From Balamuthia mandrillaris (taxonomy: Eukaryota): a stretch of DNA of 64,000 bases. Position 1 is the first letter of the stretch, and every line of letters begins with the position of its first letter. Of this stretch, positions 63,857 to 64,000 are shown in pieces. Location of the stretch: the NCBI GenBank assembly GCA_031835245.2, contig JAVKOQ020000020.1, forward strand, positions 186,001 through 250,000. Reading direction: 5' to 3'. The position numbers were made by a program, and so were the translations under genes. The notes beneath the pieces are model-generated. The model was not told the origin of the DNA. It did no database searches and saw only the letters and a program-made list of their open reading frames with translations.

Positions 63857-64000
63857 TTAGTGGTGAACAGCCTCCAAAACGGAACGTATGTCGCCCCATA
63901 CGTCGTCAATGTTCTGGTTGCCGTCGATCATGACAAGCTTGTCCTGGAAGACGGGCAAGATCTTGGTCGTCTGCTCCGTGAAGACATTCAATCGCTTCCT
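63857..64000 (-). CDS. C-terminus of an adenylate/UMP-CMP kinase-like protein (partial)
   Basis: RKRLNVFTEQTTKILPVFQDKLVMIDGNQNIDDVWGDIRSVL, then stop. Confidence 0.65.
   Translation of the reverse strand, partial: RKRLNVFTEQTTKILPVFQDKLVMIDGNQNIDDVWGDIRSVLEAVHH

Overview
Gene-dense, intron-rich eukaryotic DNA with short GT-AG introns full of (GA)n, (TTC)n and (GAAA)n microsatellites. The 5S rRNA sequence and gene content suggest a free-living amoebozoan (Acanthamoeba/Balamuthia-like); this is an inference. About 28 protein genes are supported. Recognisable ones are Rab7, Ras, AlaX, METTL9, ASF1, an OTUD5-like deubiquitinase, a purple acid phosphatase, a PAP2/IPC-synthase-like protein, a TSET TTRAY/TWD40-like scaffold, an F-box-RCC1 protein, a Kelch protein, a C2-EF-hand protein, a DUSP23-like phosphatase and the end of an adenylate kinase. 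There are two divergent 5S rRNA genes and a truncated third copy. The most unusual elements are: (1) a five-member tandem array (10.3-15.75 kb) of intronless orphan genes with an acidic/aromatic N-terminus, an LxxL(L/M) motif, a P(A/T)IGxGL motif and a basic tail, with co-duplicated upstream sequence blocks; (2) a zinc-finger-less ZPR1 domain fused to a sirtuin; (3) a single-pass receptor-like RasGAP with a LamG-type ectodomain; (4) an ARB2/FAM172-like protein with an inserted PBZ finger; (5) giant-virus-type ankyrin-repeat genes, one frameshifted and one decayed; (6) isolated Pol III B-box/tRNA relics and recurring promoter motifs. All family assignments come from motif recognition by eye, and the multi-exon boundaries are manual estimates.
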